Below, in pieces: positions 33,224-38,289 of a stretch of 38,289 bases of DNA. The notes under the pieces are model-generated. The model did no database searches, had not been told where the DNA came from, and saw only the letters and a program-made list of their open reading frames with translations. How positions within the stretch are numbered: the stretch's first letter is position 1; each line of letters starts with the position of its first letter. This DNA is from Nemertoderma westbladi (lineage: Eukaryota > Animalia > Xenacoelomorpha), in the NCBI GenBank assembly GCA_032718475.1, contig JAUCBJ010004779.1, positions 1-38,289 of the forward strand, in the 5' to 3' direction. The position numbers and the translations under genes are program-made.

Positions 33224-34677
33224 TACATCTATTGTTAGCCTATTGGTTCATTGCACATCATATTTAGCTGTTTTGTATGTAGATTGTGTAGGATGCAAAT
33301 ATAAATATAGAGTATACGATATAGTAGGTAAGTAAACCGCAGTAAGTAAACCTACAGTTACTACAGTAGTATATAGTCTGATACCGTGATAGGCCATGGC
33401 CTATCCATAGTCCTACAGATTGTCTCATTATATTGTTAGCACTTAGTGGTAGTAGACTAGTAGGTAGTACAATCAGCTGTGTTGACACTGGGACACATAT
33501 AACCTGGGGGCTAGTAGGAGTGATTATTCTTTCTGTATTTAGTGGTGTAGGGTTTTGTGAGGTACCAGTACTTCATTATTTTTTTTATAGATGGTCGGTA
33601 CTTTATATCGGCCCCCAAACAATCAGATTTTTTGCAAAATTTTGAAAATACAATTTTATGTAATCTTAGGTCAGACTGTGAAATATATTTCTTAGGTGAT
33701 TTTAATATCTGTTACCATCACAAAGCATCCCCATTCTGTAAACAGTACCAAAGTATTTTAAATTTGTTTGGTTTAAAACAAATTATTCGAGATTCTACCA
33801 GAATTACCAGTAAAACTTATACTTTACTAGATCACATCCTTTGTAATAATACCGATATTATTTCTCAATCTGGGGTTTTACCTATAGGTCTAAGCGATCA
33901 TTTTATAGTTTTTTGCACAAGAAAGACACAAAAATCTTTTTTCGGGGATCATAAAACAGTAACAGTTAGGTCTATGAAAAATTACAGCAAGGAACGCTTT
34001 TTAAGTTTGTTAGTTAATTCTGACTGGGAACCCTGTTTTAAGGCCGCTGACATTAACCTTGCGTACACTGTTTTTAAAGATATATTTCTAAAGGCACTTA
34101 ATACTGTAGCACCAATTAAAGAAATTAGTCTTAAACAACGCACTGAGCCCTGGATGACCTCGGGTATTCTTAGTAATATCAGAGAAAGAGATAACTATTT
34201 GTATAAATTTCGGAAATACCGTGTTTTAGCTGATTATAATAATTACTGCAAATATAGAAACCTTGTCCAACATTCAGCTAAATCTGAATATTTGTACAAC
34301 AAAATAAGTGAGAATAAAGATAATCCTAAAAGTCTATGGTCTACCCTAAAATCTTTAGGTTATAAAAACCTTAAATCTAAATCGAATATTGTTCTGCAAG
34401 ATGACGTTGAGCTGATTCATGATCATACTCTAGTTAGTAATTTATTTAATAATTATTTTACTAATGTTGCCTCTAATTTAGTTAAGAAGTTACCATTATC
34501 AAGTAATAAATATAGTATAGGGTCCGAAACTCTAAATAATTTTTATTTAGAAAAGTTACAAAATTCAGAAAAGTTATTTTTAAAACCCGTTTCTGAGGAT
34601 TTCGTTTTTCAAAATCTACTTAGCCTATCAGCCTCAAAAAGTACCGGTCTAGACCTAATACCTGCCCGTTTTCTTAA

Positions 34678-37600
34678 CCCTATTAAACCCGGGGGGGGGG
34701 GTCAATATGACCCCCCCCCCGTGGTTTTTTTATTATAATTCTGAAACAAACGCAGTTGGGAATCTGAAATTTTAGGACTTTTCCTCAAAATCTATTGTCT
34801 TCATGGTAGTGAAAACCGTTTTCAAAAATATTGGGTACTTTTCGAGTTATAGCACCATTTTTTAACCCTACTTTTGGCACTTTTTTTGAGACGTTTTTTG
34901 AAAATTACATTTCATTAAATATGAATTGTAACATCTCGGTTTTTGATTTACACCGGTTTTTTGGTGTTAGAAATTGGATGGAATTCATATAAATTGATTT
35001 AGAAATTTCAAACTTGTTTTTTTCGATGGGTGCCAAATTTTGGTGCCAGCACCAAATTTTGAAATAAGTCAATTTTGTAAATTGATTGTTTGAAACTTGT
35101 TTTTTACGCAATTGGGGTTTTTTGAGGTTCTGGATTCGATGAAATATATACGAGTTGAACCAAGCGTATAATTGTTCCACAACCGATTTCAGTACGTAAT
35201 ATAAGCGTCATAGTGACAATCGCAAAGCTGTGGGAAATCTCACTACTAAGCGAACTTTCTGCACTGCAAGCCCATGATCTGCAATTCGGGTACAGACCAA
35301 AAATTGGGTCAGAAATGGCACATCAATCTGTAACCAGCATCATCAACAAATTCACAAACAGCAATTCGCAGATGTACATTTTAAGCCTCGACTTATCCTC
35401 TGCATTCGACACTGTATCATACCCAAAACTATTCAGGAAAATACGATCTGCCGGGGCCTGTACTACAGTCATTGATGCACTTGAAATGTACTACAACAAC
35501 TCGAATGCCTACCTAAAAAGTTGCGGTTATCTCTTTACCGACAATTTTAGTTTACAACAGGGGGTCCGGCAAGGTGGCGTCCTATCTCCGCTCCTCTTCA
35601 ACTTTTACCTATATGATTTAATTAGGGACATTAGCTCTTCGGAACTTGGATCACATATAGGTACAGAATCATATAGCATAATAAGCTATGCTGATGACAT
35701 TATCCTGTTGGCGAACATTAAACCAGACCTGACCGCAATGCTGGAAAAGGCATCGAAATACTTTGAGGACCACAACCTGCTACTGAATACAAAGAAATGC
35801 CATTTCTTGTCTATAGAAACAAATGGAAAATCGAACACACATGATTATCTGGAATCAGAAGTTTTGACTCTACGTTCAGAAGCATCCTGCATGTATATGG
35901 GGCTGCCACTGCCAGCAGAACCCCATAAGATGGAGAACATTGTTAAAGCAAAAGTATGGCAGAATGTCTCTCAACTAAATCACCGCGGTCTAGCAGTAGA
36001 TGAAGCATCACTAGACATAACAAGTCTGATATGGCGAGCCGTCTGCCTACCGAGCATATCATATGGCGCTGCCACATTATCTACTGAAACGATTTCTAAT
36101 GTCAGCAAAACCTGCAGAAAGGCAATGAGGTCAATAGCTCGACAAGATAATCGTCTTCCAACTAAAGTACTTTATGGACTTTTCGAAGTCGACACCGAAC
36201 TATATCTAAGGGCGAAACAACTGAGATTGATCAACCAATTATTCAACTCCGGCAACAGGAAGATAACCTACCTATTCACAAATATTTTATGTGAACATTG
36301 TAGCGGCCGTAGTAGTGCACTTTTCAAATCGTATGTCGAAGGAGCATGGATCTACGACTTTCCAAGTCTATGCTCTTTAGCCATCCACGAGTACTCAATA
36401 AGGCAGTGCGTAAAAATGGCTGAGAAGTCCTCATGCCAAAATATGACACCTGGGGAAAACTTCACTCTAGCCTATTGCAACGCCCTTCTTAACAAGGTTG
36501 ACCAACATGCCCGTACCCGTATTGAATTAGTTCAAAACTATCTTGATCTTTCAAGATAAATCATTAACATACTGTATCTTATGTATATAAATATCATAAT
36601 CATGATGACTGTATGTACTTATCGTTTGCCATATATATATTATATTTGTCAAATATCAAACTTGTATTTTTCGGTGCTGTGTGCTAATTTTGGTGCTAGC
36701 ACGAAATTTTGAAAATCCATTCAATATATAAAATTGCCTGTGACAATTTATTTCTTGCGTTTTAGAGGTTTATGGCTGTTCTGAATTCAATGGAAAATAT
36801 AATTATCGAACTAGACATCTTAAACTTGTATTTTTCGGATGTGGGTGCAAAATGTGGTGCTAGCACCAAATTTTGAAAACCATCAAATATATCAATTGAT
36901 TGTGTCACCTTGTTTCTTGCGTTATACGGGTTTGTGATGGTTCTGAATTCAATGGAATCAGTAAAAATTGCATAAGAGTTCTCAAACTTGTATTTTTCGC
37001 AGGTGGGTGAAAATTGTTGAGCCAGCACCAAATTTTGGAAAATATGCAAATTGATAAGTAGATAGTATCACCTTGTTTCTTGCGTTATACGGGTTTATGA
37101 GGGTCCTGAATCCGATGGAATCAATAAAAACAGCACTGGACATCGCAAACTTGTACTTTTTGGTGATGGGTACGAAATTTGGTGCTAGCACCAAAATTTG
37201 CTAAATTACGCCGAAAAATACAAGTAACAATGATCTGGCATATTAGAAATGTATTCCATTAGAATCAGCGCCCTCGAAAACCTGAAAATGTGAATTTATA
37301 GCATCGTATAAGTGAATTAAAAATTTTGTGTTCTAACTGAAAAGTGCTGGTTACTTGTTTTTTTCATTTTTTTCCTATGCAGAGAGGACTAAACAGCCAT
37401 TTATAGTAATCATATCATTTTTAAATATTTTCCAATGTATTTTGCACCCCAAAAAACCTGTATTGAAAAATAATTAGCCGAAAATGTAACTTTCAAATTT
37501 TGTGAAAATTGTGCACTACTTGTAATTTTGGTGCTGCAATATAACCACCCCAGTACATTTTTTCGAAAATTTTTTTTTCGGTTGGATCCAGACAAGTGAT

Positions 37601-37735
37601 ACCTACGTACAAACAAAAAATCAGACGTTTTCGTAAATATTTGTAGATTTTAGAGGGGGGGGGGGGGGGGGGGGGGGGTCAATATGACCCCCTCTCGGTA
37701 TTTGTACAACATTTTATAGCCCGGTACTAATAGGG
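34678..37735. mobile_element. piggyBac-like non-autonomous element, copy C, carrying a LINE insertion
   Basis: TTAA TSD at 34674-34677 and 37736-37739; the paralogous empty site TTCTTAAGGATG is at 28469-28480. Confidence 0.93.
35170..36653 (+). mobile_element. 5'-truncated non-LTR retrotransposon (RTEX-like) with an uninterrupted RT frame (ORF 35213-36559)
   Basis: QFGYR, LDLSSAFDTV, GVRQGGVLSPLLF, SYADDIILL; interrupts CAAGCGTAT|CAAACTTG relative to copy B; possible TAT duplication. Confidence 0.88.
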
Positions 37736-37961
37736 TTAAGGATGGTGCTGAAGTACTTAAAGTGCCTATTACTTTTATTATTAATTACTCTATCGTAGAT
37801 AATGTAGTACCAGACGAACTGAAATTAGCTAAGGTTGTTCCTCTGTATAAAAAGAATAGTAAAGTAGAACCCTGTAATTACAGACCTGTTAGTATCTTAA
37901 GTATTGTATCTAAAATTCTAGAACGTTCTGTTTTTCTACAGGAAGCACATCTTAGTAGGCT

Positions 37962-38014
37962 AAATCAAATCAAATCAAATCAAATCAAATGTTTATCAAA
38001 TCAAATGTTTATTT
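37962..38014 (-). repeat. (TTTGA)n microsatellite preceded by AATAAA, probably the 3' tail of another LINE
   Basis: Plus strand (AAATC)n..GTTTATTT. Confidence 0.55.
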
Positions 38015-38289
38015 AAATCTCAATATATATATATACTGCACAACGGGACTATACAACAGCAAATGCAAGATTTATTATTTAATTATATATTAATATTATT
38101 ACATTATTAATTATACATTAAATATTATTTATGAAATTAATATGTGCAGTCGACATTTTATATAATATTGTATTTGTGCTGTATGAGTAAATAGCCTTAG
38201 CTAGTCGAGCACTCACACAGCACAAGATAATACCTAACTAAGGGAATGGTGTTGGGGAGGGGGGGGGGGGGGGTGGGGTGGGGTAGGGC

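Larger units (their letters stand above)
33595..37960 (+). mobile_element. second CR1/L2-group LINE fragment, split by the piggyBac-like insertion
   Basis: 33595-34677 is nearly identical to 27359-28475; it resumes at 37740 with KDGAEVLKVPI..AKVVPLYKK..NYRPVSIL. Confidence 0.9.

Noticed and set aside
33557-34738. 393-aa ORF as an independent gene
   Set aside because: It is a LINE endonuclease/linker fragment; its N-terminus is flanking DNA and its C-terminus runs into the MITE
35213-36559. RT as the enzyme of a novel TIR-bounded retroelement
   Set aside because: Copy B lacks it and shows the empty site; it is a 5'-truncated LINE nested in the MITE

Overview
AT-rich eukaryotic DNA, probably from an invertebrate animal; the taxon cannot be fixed from sequence alone. 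The host gene content is four paralogous, symmetric phase-1 exons of about 215-220 codons on the minus strand. Each encodes a LamG/concanavalin-A-like lectin domain (17.4, 19.3, 23.5 and 31.0 kb). Most of the rest is transposable elements. The largest is a young 11.4-kb BEL/Pao-type LTR element (5558-16966, ATACC TSD, LTRs nearly identical). It keeps gag and protease but has lost RT, most of RNase H and integrase by two in-frame deletions. It has no tRNA-type PBS, only a 10-nt site complementary to its own LTR. In the env position it carries an uncharacterised Zn-knuckle ORF preceded by a long RNA hairpin. A degenerate homologue of that Zn-knuckle ORF lies at 1081-2266, between two copies of a piggyBac-like non-autonomous element. 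Also present: three copies of that piggyBac-like element with internal ~163-bp palindromic repeats, two CR1/L2-group LINE copies, RTE, RTEX-like and CRE fragments, a Tc1/mariner-type MITE containing a tRNA-derived SINE, and a three-level TE nest at 33.6-38 kb. All calls come from reading the sequence; no database searches were run.
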